From assembly GCF_006345805.1 (NCBI RefSeq), contig NC_042998.1, forward strand, positions 77,190,001-77,254,000: DNA of 64,000 bases, written 5' to 3'. Below, one piece after another: positions 52,736-64,000 of the stretch. This DNA comes from Octopus sinensis. Lineage: Eukaryota. The notes under the pieces were generated by a model, which worked only from the letters and a program-made list of their open reading frames with translations, was not told the origin of the DNA and made no database searches. The stretch's first letter is position 1. Each line of letters starts with the position of its first letter. Position numbers and translations under genes: made by a program.

Positions 52736-53724
52736 TTAGATGCAGACACATATATGTGGATGTATACATGTGTTTGTGAGAGATAGTGGTAGCTACTGCC
52801 CTGAATGTCTTTGATTTAAGTATATCTGTTTATCTCTTTGTCAAATAACATATATATTCAAGAGGGTGTCATAATGTTCTATAATTACCTAAGTGTGAAA
52901 TCATATAAACAGTAATTTGGGGCTCAATGCGTAAAGAAAATCAATGTTGATGACTCGCAATAACAGTATTTCAAAATGGAAGATCTGAGGCAGAAACATT
53001 ATATTAATTTCCCTGTAGCTCGTCGCTACGAAATCATATTGCTCAAGACACATCCACGTTAAATGAATTATAGTGAGAATTAAATAGCGAAAGATAGGGA
53101 AAAATTAGAGAGAAATGTTTAGGTGAAGACAAATAAATTGAAACGTCATAGAAATAGGGAGAGTGGAAGAAATGTTTAGGGAGACTGATGGAAGAAGCGA
53201 GAATATTGATTTAAACAAAAATAAGACATATGAGAAAAAGTGAGACGAACGCATAAAAAAACAAGTATCAGCATCTAAGGCAATAAATAAAGAAAAACTG
53301 AATGTATGTGTGTGTGTGGGGGGGGGTGCGTTTATGTAAGTGAGGGAGAGAGAGATGGGAGGGAGAGAAATATCGTAAATAAGAATTTGAGAGATGTTAA
53401 TGCTAGTATTAAATAATTTCAACTAAGTGAAAGGGAAAAATTAAGACAGAAGCATTAAAGAAAATAGAAATAAAAGAAAACAAAAAAGAAAGTGTGGTCA
53501 ACCAATGAAGTCATTTTATCAGTCTCGGACTATAAGTAATGTAACGTATCTGTTTATCTGTCTGCCTCTTCGTATACTTATTTACGAATGTGTAATGTCT
53601 GCTGGTCTATGAAACTCATTTATTGTCTGTTTCTGCTCCTCTCATATACCAAATATGAAATATATTTCTACATATGCGCACTCACACACACACACGTATA
53701 CCTACACAATCGCATAACTCATAC

Positions 53725-54087
<363 letters not shown>

Positions 54088-54089
54088 CG

Positions 54090-55100
54090 ATGACCACCCT
54101 TGCTAGCTATGCAGATGACACAAAGGTCTCCCACGCAATACAGAACCCTGAAAATATTGCGCATCTGCAACATGAGCTGGACACAATATACAGGTGGGCT
54201 GAGGACAACAACATGCAGTTTAATGCAGGTAAGTTCCAGGCCCTGCGCTACTGGCACACAAGGTAAATGACGTGAAGACTGGATACACTGGCCCAGGAAG
54301 AATTGCAATCCTGAGTCAAAATCAGTGCGTGACCTGGGCATTGACATGAGCAATGATGCATCTTTCCAAATGCATATTGCTAATCTGGTGATAAAATGCA
54401 GACGGCTAGCTGGATGGATTCTCCGAACTTTCAGAACAAGAGAGAAGGAGACACTGATGGTCCTATGGAAAACATTTGTCCTCAGCCGCTTGGACTACTG
54501 CTCCCAACTTTGGTCACCACACAATATAAAACAAACAGCAGAACTCGAAGCAACTCAGAGAAGCTACACAAAGAAAATCGTCTCAATGCAAAATGTCAGC
54601 TACTGGGAAAGACTGAAGGTATTAAACCTCTTCTCCCTGGAGCGGAGGCGGGAGAGATATGCAGTAATATACATCTGGAAAATCCTGGAGGGTCTTATCC
54701 CAAACTTTGGCATTCAAAGTTACTCCAACCGCAGAACGGGGCGCCGCTGCGTGGTGCCAAGGATTCCAACATCACCATCAAAATACAGGTCCAGATACTG
54801 CAACAGCTTGGGTTTCAGAGGACCACAGCTTTTCAACATCCTCCCTAAATGCCTGAGAGACTTACATGGTGTGGATGTGGGTTTCTTTAAAACTAAACTG
54901 GATCTCTTCTTGTTGGAAGTCCCAGATGAACCTACCTCACGACAGGAGACGCGGATGCGGGCAGCAGCATCGAACTCCCTTGTTGATCAAGTGCCACGTA
55001 TCAGAGGTGGATTCACAAATTAGTGTGGCTCATTCAGCGGTGGTGCCCCAGCATGGCCGCGGCCTTCGGGCTAAAACATTTTTAAGGATTTAAGGATTTA
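54090..55100 (+). mobile_element. CR1-group LINE 4: 5'-truncated copy (YADD to 3' tail)
   Basis: SYADDTKV, MQFNAGKF, DLGIDMS, SRLDYCSQLWSP, LFSLERRRERY, GPQLFN; stop at 55023; 3' stem-loops followed by (TTTAAGGA)n. Confidence 0.92.
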
Positions 55101-55124
55101 TATATATATGTATATATATATATG

Positions 55125-55156
<32 letters not shown>

Positions 55157-55307
55157 TATATGTGTGTATGTATATATATGTATATATATATATGTATATA
55201 TATATGTATATGATTGATTGATTGATTGATTGATTGATTCTAGTTTCAGCTTATGAGCTGTGGCCATGCTGGGGCACCGCCATTTGGTGTTGCTACTTGG
55301 TTTCACT

Positions 55308-58303
55308 TCATGGAGGCTTTCTAGCAACTGTTATTTGGTGCATGAGAGAGTTCGATGCAGCTGCCCTCATCTGCCCCTCCTGCCGTGAAGTTGGTTCATC
55401 TGGGACACCTGACAGGAAGAGATCCAGCTTCATTTTAAAGACATCTGTATCCACCCCATGCAGGTCTCTCAGGTTCTTCGGGAAGATATTGAAGAGCTGT
55501 GGGCCTCGGAAGCCCAGGCTATCACAGAATCTTGTCCTACATCTTGATGGCAGGTTTGGAGTCCTAGGCACCACGCAGTGGCGCCCAGTTCTGGCATTTG
55601 CGTAACTCTCGATGCCAAAGTTCAGGACACTTCCCTCCAGGATCTTCCAGATGTATATTATGGCATATCTTTCCCGCCTACGCTCCAGGGAATATAATTT
55701 TAATCTCTTGAGTTTTTCCCAGTAGCTTACATTCTGCATAGAGGCTATCTTCTTTGTGTAGCTTCGTTGGATCGCCTCAAGTTCTGTGATCAACTTGACA
55801 CTGGATGGTGACCATAGCTGAGAGCAATAGTCAAAGTGGCTTAGGACAAGTGTCTTCCAGAGGACCATCATGGTTTCTTGTTCTCTTGTTCTAAAGGTTC
55901 TAAGAATCCATCCAGCCAGCCGTCTACATTTCATTGTCAGTTTAGCAACATGTACATGAAAGGTCGCGTCATCACTCATGTGAATACCCAGGTCACGCAC
56001 TGATTGTGCCTCTGGGATTGCAATCCCTCCGGGTCCAGTGTATTCATTGGGTATTGCATTCAGTTTTGCATGCTGATAGTATAAAGCTTGAAACTTTCCA
56101 GCATTGAACTGCATGCTATTCTTTTCAGCCCACTTGTATATTTCGTCCAGCTCACATTGCAGGTGTTTAGTGTCCTCAGGTTCTGTATTGCCTGTGAATC
56201 TTTTGTATCATCTGCATAACTTGTGATCGTGGCTCTCTGCGTGGCTGAGGGCATGTCTGAGAGGGCCATTATGAACAGTAGTGGTCCCAGAACAGTGCCC
56301 TGCGGAACACCGCTCACTATTTGTGTGTTAATGGAGGTGGCCCCATTGGCTACTACCACCTGACTTCTATCCTTCAGAAAGTCATGAAGCCATTCTCCCA
56401 GTTTTCCAACTATGTTGAGATCACGCAGTTTGTGACATATCATTCCATGATCGACTTTATCAAAGGCCTTTGCAAAGTCGAGATATATCACTTCCACATT
56501 TGAGTGGTTGAGCAGCCGTTTCAGCACCCAGTCATAGTGTTGTAGGAGCTGAGTTAAACAGCTTCTCCCTGGTCGGAAACCATGTTGGGTGTCGGGCAGC
56601 AAGTCATTCTCTTCAAGGAAGGTGATCAGCTTCCTTCTGACTATTCGTCCCATGACCTTGCTGATGTGTGAGGTCAGAGAGATAGGTCTATAGTTCTTGG
56701 CTTCCGCTCTGCTACCTCCTTTATGAATGGGGCATATTTTACCTTCCTTCAGTTTTCCTGGAAGTTTGCCAGCTGCAAGGAAGCTCTGAAAGAGGAACTG
56801 CAGTGGTCTTGCTAGGACTCTCTTACATGCTTTTAGGAGGATTGTCGGGAATCCATCGGGGCCAGTAGCTGAGTCTGTTTTCATTTCATCTATAGCCTTG
56901 GTTACATTGTCTTCCTTTATATCGATGTAATCTATCGTCGCCGCCTCTGATTTTATATCTGCAGTGGTAAAAAAGTCAGTTGGATTGGTGATTTGGAGAT
57001 GCCCAAGGGGTGGAGTGAAAACACTATTGAATTGCTCATTCAGTATTTCACTTACCCTCATTGGTTTTCCTGTGAGTTTGCCATCCTTTTCGAGGAGTGG
57101 CCCTATTCTACAGTGCACTGTAGCTGTTTCTTTGGCATACCTGTAGAAAGCTCTGGGGTTAGATTTTATGTTTTCTATAGCCCAGGCTTCTTTGTCTGCT
57201 CTTTCTTTTTCATGGGAGAGTTGCAGACATTTTTCGATTTCCAACAGTTTTATTTTTAGGCGGGACTTTTCACTGCTTTCAATCTGTTTGTTTAGGCGAT
57301 TTGAAAATTTCGTACGCCGTCTCATTAAAATTTTCCTCTCTCTGGGGATTTTGTTCTTGTGTGCAGTGGCCTTTCTCTCTGGGACACATTTGTAGCATAT
57401 GGCTTGCATTACAGACATGAATTGTTGAAGTTTCACGTCGATGTCTGGCGAGGAGAGACATTTAGGCCAGTTTTGTTTGAGGATCTCTTTCTCAATTTGT
57501 TTCCAGTTTGCCTTATGGTAGTTCAAGCTGGAAAGATTTTGAGGGTTTCTTGTAGGCTGCACGTCCGTGCTCTCTTTTGGCCCGTACATGGTCAGCTCTA
57601 TCATGTTGTGATCCGAGAGTAGTGTCGGTGTCACTTTCACATTATGGATGAGATCCATGTCATTTGTGAAGCAGAGATCCAGTGTGTTACCTGCCCTGGT
57701 TGGTTGGAGTATTACCTGCTCCATGTACAGGGTGTTGATGAGGTTCAGGAGGGACCTCGCCTGTCCTCGTTCACATCTTGTCATTCCTGGGAGAGAAAGG
57801 CCCTCGGGCCATCTGACATTGGGCAGATTGAAGTCTCCCATAAGAAGCACACCTATGTGTTGTTCTAATGTGGTTAGAATTTCTTCTATTTTTATAAGGC
57901 AGTCTTCAAACTTGCCCACATGGCTTGGGGCATCTGGAGGGCGATATGTAGCACACACAACTACATCAAGTTGCCTAATATGTACAATTAGGGTGTCACA
58001 CACCGAGTTTGAGTATGACAAGAGGACCTGGGGTGTGAGGTCCTCACGGATGTACATAGCAACACCTCCATGACTCCTTTCTTTCCTGTCGGTCCGTAGT
58101 ACAGCATACTGTGGTATGTGTAACTCCGCATCTGCTATGTCCGGTTTCAGGTGCGTTTCTGTAAGTGCTATGCATAAGGCTTGATTGCATGCAACAAAGT
58201 CTCTCAGGAACGGGATCTTTGTCCTGTTACTGAGTGTTTGCAGTCCTCTGATGTTCAGTAGGAGTATCGAGGTGAGGTGTACGTTGTTGCCGGCGGTGTC
58301 CAT
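55308..58303 (-). CDS. LINE 3 ORF2: APE endonuclease + reverse transcriptase, 1-bp deletion near 56180
   Basis: LLNIRGL, ALTETHL, HGGVAMY, TYRPP, MGDFNLP, TLDLCF, SDHNMI; GPDG, NYRPISLTS, YLDFAKAFDKVDH, SGVPQGTVLGP, SYADD. Reads AACCTGAG where LINE 4 has AACCCTGAA. Confidence 0.92.
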
Positions 58304-59166
58304 CCTGTGTCTGTTTGCTGTGGTGGTCTGGTATATAGTGGGTAGTCCCACCTGCGGGCTTGGGTTTGATGAAGCCAGGTCAGCTGCTGTACAATCTTTT
58401 GTGCCATGCACAAAAAAGATTGTTGCTCAGCAGCTGCTCTTTCGACAACATCATGTTGGCTGTTTGTGGCGCGCACAACATCTGCGTACCTCCGCTTTGG
58501 GGCAGGTGGTGCGTGGTCCATCCCTTTTCTTTGTGTTGATGGTTTGTCCATCTGCCTCGTGTCTCTGTGGCAGGGTCCCCGATGTGCAAAGCGGCAGCCT
58601 GCACCTTCCTTTCCGTGCCAGCAGGAACCTCTCAGGTAGAACATACACACCCGTGTGCGCTGTTTGGTTCCATCCTTTGCGGTTCCACTTCTATTCCTGG
58701 TTGTTTCACTCTTTGGTCCTGCTTGAGCTTTTTCTTTTCCTTTAGCTCTTCCAGTCCTTCTTTTAGTTCTTCTTCCTCCCTCTACCTCTTCACCGGGTTC
58801 TCCGTCTCCATGGCCCTTGCTGCCGGTTGGAGAACTTGCACCTGGGTTCACTTCCCGGGCAGGTTTCTCATTCAAAACCTCCTCCTGGGCGTCCACCAGG
58901 TGGGGGTGACTTCTTTCATCGTCTCCATTCTTGCCATCTTTGCCCCGCTCGTTCTCAAAGATGGCATCAAGTGCGCCAATGTGCGACCGTACAAGCGCAT
59001 ATGAGCGCACGAATTCCTGTCTCTTTCGCTCCATCTGAGCCGCTGTCCTCTTGTAGCCTCTGCTCTTCAGCGCAGCCGCAATCACCTCGCTAGGGCTATC
59101 TCCGCCGGCGCACTCCCATGCTCGTACGAATAAATCCAGCTCGTCACGTCTCCATGCTCTGGACAT
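58255..59166 (-). CDS. LINE 3 ORF1, 303 aa: Myb/SANT(trihelix)-like N-terminus, basic linker, C-x7-C-x8-C-x3-H finger
   Basis: WRRDELDLFVRAW...IAAALKSRGYKRTAAQMERKRQEF; CMFYLRGSCWHGKEGAGCRFAH (aa 174-195). Homologous ORFs precede ORF2 in LINEs 1 and 2. Confidence 0.85.
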   Translation of the reverse strand: MSRAWRRDELDLFVRAWECAGGDSPSEVIAAALKSRGYKRTAAQMERKRQEFVRSYALVRSHIGALDAIFENERGKDGKNGDDERSHPHLVDAQEEVLNEKPAREVNPGASSPTGSKGHGDGEPGEEVEGGRRTKRRTGRAKGKEKAQAGPKSETTRNRSGTAKDGTKQRTRVCMFYLRGSCWHGKEGAGCRFAHRGPCHRDTRQMDKPSTQRKGMDHAPPAPKRRYADVVRATNSQHDVVERAAAEQQSFLCMAQKIVQQLTWLHQTQARRWDYPLYTRPPQQTDTGWTPPATTYTSPRYSY

Positions 59167-59214
59167 GCTGGATAATCCGTCTATCCGTTTATCTATCTAA
59201 TTATGTTCGAGAGA

Positions 59215-60420
59215 AGACAGGAAGATATTAAGGCTAACTAGAAGATAGAGTACTTGAAAAAGAAATATTAACAATATTAAAGTTTGTGTAAAAACGTTAT
59301 TTGGGTAAAAACGTTATTTAATCTTAAGGCTAATTAGGAGATAGAGTATCTGAAAATATATTAGCAATATTAATATTATATTAGAGTGTGGGTAAAAAAA
59401 ACGTTATTTAATCTTAAGGCTAATTTGGAGATAGAGTATCTGAAAATATATTAGCAATATTAATATTATATTAGAGTGTGGGTAATATTAAACGTTATTT
59501 AATTTAATCTTAAGGCTAATTAGAAGACAGAGTATCTGAAAAATTATATATACAATATTAAGCAATATTAACCGTTATTTAATTTAATCTTAAGGCTAAT
59601 TAGACGTTATTAATATTAAACGTTATTTAATTTAATCTTAAGGCTAATTAGAAGATAGAGTATCTGAAAATATATTAGCAATATTAATATTATATTAGAG
59701 TGTGGATAAAAACGTTATTTAATCTTAAGGCTAATCAGGAGATAGAGTATCTGAAAATATATTAGCAATGTTAATATTATATTAGAGTGTGGGTAATATT
59801 AAACGTTATTTAATTTAATCTTAAGGCTAATTAGAGGATAGAGTATCTGAAGAATTATTAACAATATTAAACAATATTAAACGTTATTTAATTTAATCTT
59901 AAGGCTAATTAACAATAATTATTAACAATATTAAAACAATATTAAACGTTATTTAATTTAATCCTAAGGCTAATTAACAATAATTATTAACAATATTAAA
60001 CAATATTAAACGTTATTTAATTTAATCTTAAGGCTAATTAACAGTAATTATTAACAATATTAAACAATATTAAACGTTATTTAATTTAATCCTAAGGCTA
60101 ATTAACAATAATTATTAACAATATTAAACGTTATTTATTTAATCCTAAGGCTAATTAGACGTTATTAATATTAAACGTTATTTAATTTATCTTAAGGCTA
60201 ATTAGAAGATAGAGTATCTGAAAAATTATTAACAATATTAAAACAATATTAAACGTTATTTAATTTAATCTTAAGGCTAATTAACAATAATTATTAACAA
60301 TATTAAACAATATTAAACGTTATTTAATTTAATCCTAAGGCTAATTTGACGGTATCAATATTAAACGTTATTTAATTTAATCTTAAGGCTAATTAGAAGA
60401 TAGAGTATCTGGAAAATTTT
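59215..60420. repeat. AT-rich minisatellite with variable 45-95 bp units built on AAACGTTATTTAATTTAATC(T/C)TAAGGCTAATT
   Basis: Roughly 18 contiguous recurrences of the core with alternating GATAGAGTATCTG and AACAATATTA modules. Confidence 0.95.
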
Positions 60421-60696
60421 TATATCGAGAACAGTTATTGAAAATGTAAACAAACAAAATGACGATCGCAACTTTAACTAAGATGTGGGCCTAAGTGAAA
60501 GATAAAATAGAATAATAAATAAAATATGAAATAGATGAAATTGATACTTAATCCAACAATGTATATATATATGTGTGTATATATATATATGTGTATATAT
60601 ATATATATGTATATATATATGTATAATATATATATATGTATATATATATATATGTGTATATATATATATGTGTGTGTATATATATGTATATATATG

Positions 60697-60738
<42 letters not shown>

Positions 60739-60770
60739 TATATATATATGTGTGTGTGTATATATATATA

Positions 60771-60806
<36 letters not shown>

Positions 60807-61384
60807 GTTGGGCAGGAATTGATGGGGATAATGATGATGGTGATGATGATGATGATGATGATGATGAGAGAATGAGTTAGGAGGTGGGTATAGCGAGATA
60901 TAGGCAGAGGGCTACTTAAAAGAAGAACGGAGAAGGGGGAAAAATAGAAATACTCATATCCGCAGACGGATTTGTATCAAATAATATAGGGGATGAATAT
61001 TATGAAGTGACAGTAAGTGAATGTGAGATTAGCTGAATAAATATTGTGTAGTTTGCGTTATATTTAAGAGTGACAAGGAAAAAGAAAAAAAAAAACATAA
61101 AATATATTGGAAGAGGTAATGTTGCCCTCAGAAGGAAGGTTTGTAAGAAAATTAAGGAAAATATTAAGTAGGTACAGAGAATTGGTGGAGATGTTTTAAT
61201 GATCAATAGTGTTTGCGACATAGTGTAAATTAGTAAAACATTACCTCTGGGGAGTTTTACATCATATTTCTGTCTGAAGTAGTCATCGAACACTAAATGC
61301 ATGTAAATACCCTTATGGAATTAATAGGAAAAGGAATAGTATTAATATGAGTTATAAGCGTTTCTAATTTATACATAAGACCAG

Positions 61385-61500
61385 TAGTTTTGAGCGGAGT
61401 GGGTTAGTCGATACCATCAACACCAGTAACTAACTGGCATTTCATTTTATCGATCTCAGGAGGATGAGCTGCACAGCTGACGTAATGACCTCGAACAAAT
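61385..61500 (-). mobile_element. Decayed SINE family A fragment
   Basis: TTAGTCGATACCATCAACACCAGTAACTAACTGGCATTTCATTTTATCGATC resembles the reverse complement of the family A body. Confidence 0.5.
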
Positions 61501-61554
61501 AACGGTATGTAATTTTTCCGATGTGCTAAAAATTCTGGAAGCTCGACGCCTTTA

Positions 61555-61614
61555 TACCACCAGCACCAGTACCACCATCAGCACCAGCATCACCATCAGC
61601 ACCACAACCACAAT

Positions 61615-61696
<82 letters not shown>

Positions 61697-61715
61697 TCTG
61701 CTTCTGCTGCTGCTA
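61555..61715. repeat. (ACC)/(ACT)n/(GCT)n trinucleotide tract
   Basis: Direct reading. Confidence 0.95.
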
Positions 61716-64000
61716 TTGGTCTTAATGTTTGAATAATTGGTACAAGCGTTATTTTTTCTAAAACATCTGAAACGATGATTGTTCGACGTCCATTCATTTA
61801 GAACCGCTGCAGATTAAATAAAAAAAAAGCTGCTGGTGTCAAAATGGTAATTTCACCAATTCTACAATTCTACTTGGTGTGAAGGGAAACATTGTAGGTT
61901 TGTCTATAATTGGTTACCCAATAGTGCGTAAAATGAAACTGCCCCATCAGTCATCAATGTGTTATTTGCTTTTTCTTATACATGATAGTATTTTATGTCA
62001 GGTCACTATCATGCACACGGAAGGGAGTGTACTACCTGTACTTGTGGACAATGGTCGAGAAAAAGTATAATTACTATGCGGGGTAGTGTACTTGTGTAGA
62101 AAAGAGCAAAGCGGGTCATAAACTATGTTAGATAAAAGTAGATAGTTCCCCTTCAGACATGTTAAAATTTGTTGAGAGATGAGCCCTCAAAGATGCAACC
62201 GTTCACAGACAAGGCAAAGTCTGCCTCATTGAGAGAAGGGCTGTTTTAGAGATGGTGTCATGAAAAATGAAATGAATAGTAGTAGTGTAACTTTACAATT
62301 TCTCTCTATCCACCTCTCTCTACCTCACATACACAAACACACTCATATACTTGCAGACATACTTACGTAGAGGCGAGTGACTTAGTGGCTAAGGTGTTTT
62401 ACAAATGATCGTAAGATTGTATTTTCGATCCCTGGGCCGTGCGATGCATTCTGTGCATTTCACGTTGCTCTAATCCACTCAGCTGACAAGGATATATAAT
62501 ATTATCACGGAGCCCCGCAATGTGGGAATATAAAGGGCATAGAATCCTGTAAACCGACCTAATGAGCTTTATGAATCAGGAAGGATCTCTAATCCTTTTT
62601 GATACATAACTTCATAGACACACATATAATAAAAGATAAGAGACAGAATAATGTTTATCAAGAAAATTCAAGTGTTAACGTGTTTTAAAGAGAGCAAAGT
62701 GCAGAAGAATACTTTTGAATGTAGAATTACATATAGAATTCAACAGTGAACAGCAAGTGGAGTCAGTAGGCTATCGTAATCTGTATTTGCAACAACTGGA
62801 ACGGAAGTATAAACTATTTATATTAACAGTAAATACATTTACTCTGGAATATTGTCTTTTAGCGTAGCAGTCTTCTTTGACGCAGAAACTTATCATCCAG
62901 CGTATGGATACTGTTGTTCAGATCACTGTGTAGTTTAATCAGATGCTGAAGCCATACAACGGCACCGGTGGGAAGATTTAAAAGAAATCATACTTCATTA
63001 TGCAGACAAATAACATAGTAATCACATCATGATTATGATACAATGAAATTATAATTTTACTGCATCATAATTACACTGTACCATCGCCCACGAGAAAATT
63101 TAATGGAATATACTTCTATGTAATAGTAGTTGCACTTATTTGCAACATACTGTTTTTACGAACCTCTGAGTATGTTACCCTCCTAGTATGATTATATTAA
63201 TCATATTTTCAGATACTTCAAACTTTCTACAGCTGAGGCCTCAAAGATACAACTGATCACAAACGAGGCCAAATTTACTTCATTGAGAGGAGGGCCTTCC
63301 ATTGTTTATTAAGCAATTAGAGGCCTGATATATTGCGAAAATATAGTAATAGAGTAAACCATTCTTTTGCAATATGCTAATTCTTCAGTTAATTTTGGAA
63401 AACAATTAAATGAACTCTTTTCGTAGCTAACATATATAGAAATCACTACATAACGACGGAGATTCAGTGTGGTCACACGTCTTGTTTGCAATAGCAGTCA
63501 AATTTCCCTTATACCATATCTCTCCTTTTGATAAGGCAAATGATACGTCAAATAATAAAAGATGTGATACACCAAATGATACTTTTAAACAGGGAAATTC
63601 TATGGCTGGAAATCCCTTAATCGTAAGACTGATTTGTATGAGGTTACATATAAACAACAATAAAAATATCAATGAATCAAATTGTAGTCCTACTGGACTA
63701 CAATTCACAACCCCACACTAATTAACTGTTCGACACAATATTGCAACAGTGTATGTCTATTATTATCTTAAACATTAATATCACGGGAAAGAAAGTGATG
63801 AAAACAAAAATGAATAATAGGCAGCGGAATTAACGTGTTATAGACATTTTCTTTTTTAAGCACAGTCTTTGGAAGAAGAATCCCTTAACGATATGACCAT
63901 TTCTAGGCCTTCCAAAACTAGTTAGAGTAATGCCGTTAATATTCTGTTTATACTGTTGCAACGAAACACCTACAATAAAGACATTAGCAAAGAGAAGATT

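Larger units (their letters stand above)
55213..60470 (-). mobile_element. CR1-group LINE 3: apparently full-length, intact ORF1, ORF2 with one frameshift
   Basis: (AATC)n tail at 55213-55240, 3' stem-loops 55243-55281, ORF2 58303-55308, ORF1 59166-58255. The 5' end at about 60470 is inferred (confidence lower for 59170-60470). Confidence 0.88.

Noticed and set aside
59215-60420. CRISPR-like array
   Set aside because: The segments between cores are themselves repeated modules rather than unique spacers; eukaryotic context and no cas genes.
62020-62085. GIY-YIG-like peptide GVYYLYLWTMVEKKYNYYAG*
   Set aside because: The motif spacing is off, a stop follows immediately, and there is no supporting context.
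62740-63721. Host coding exons in the unique sequence near the window end
   Set aside because: Short frames with stops and no recognisable domain.

Overview
Eukaryotic, AT-rich, repeat-saturated DNA. The SINE repertoire and the (TA)n/(TATC)n/(ATT)n load look like a cephalopod (octopus-type) genome; this is inference from recalled repeat families, not a database result. I found no supportable host gene, rRNA, functional tRNA or CRISPR array. Contents: four CR1-group LINE copies (one near-intact, about 55.2-60.5 kb minus), a 5'-truncated Tx1-clade LINE inside a (TATC)n tract, two R4/Dong-type fragments inside (AAT)n tracts plus an older RT relic, mariner and Tc1 relics, non-autonomous Helitrons, about a dozen tRNA-derived SINEs and several foldback elements. 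Four points stand out. (1) Three LINEs carry an unusual ORF1 with an N-terminal Myb/SANT(trihelix)-like domain plus CCCH-type zinc finger(s). (2) One complete type I hammerhead ribozyme is present, and a set of small foldback elements each carry outward-facing hammerhead-like motifs with near-palindromic helix III; one of these also has tRNA-like Pol III heads. (3) Two SINE/LINE 3'-tail matches are visible inside the window (SINE with CR1, SINE with Tx1). (4) Two related LINEs share a 5' motif and have repeat-filled 5' UTRs. All alignments and folds were done by eye.
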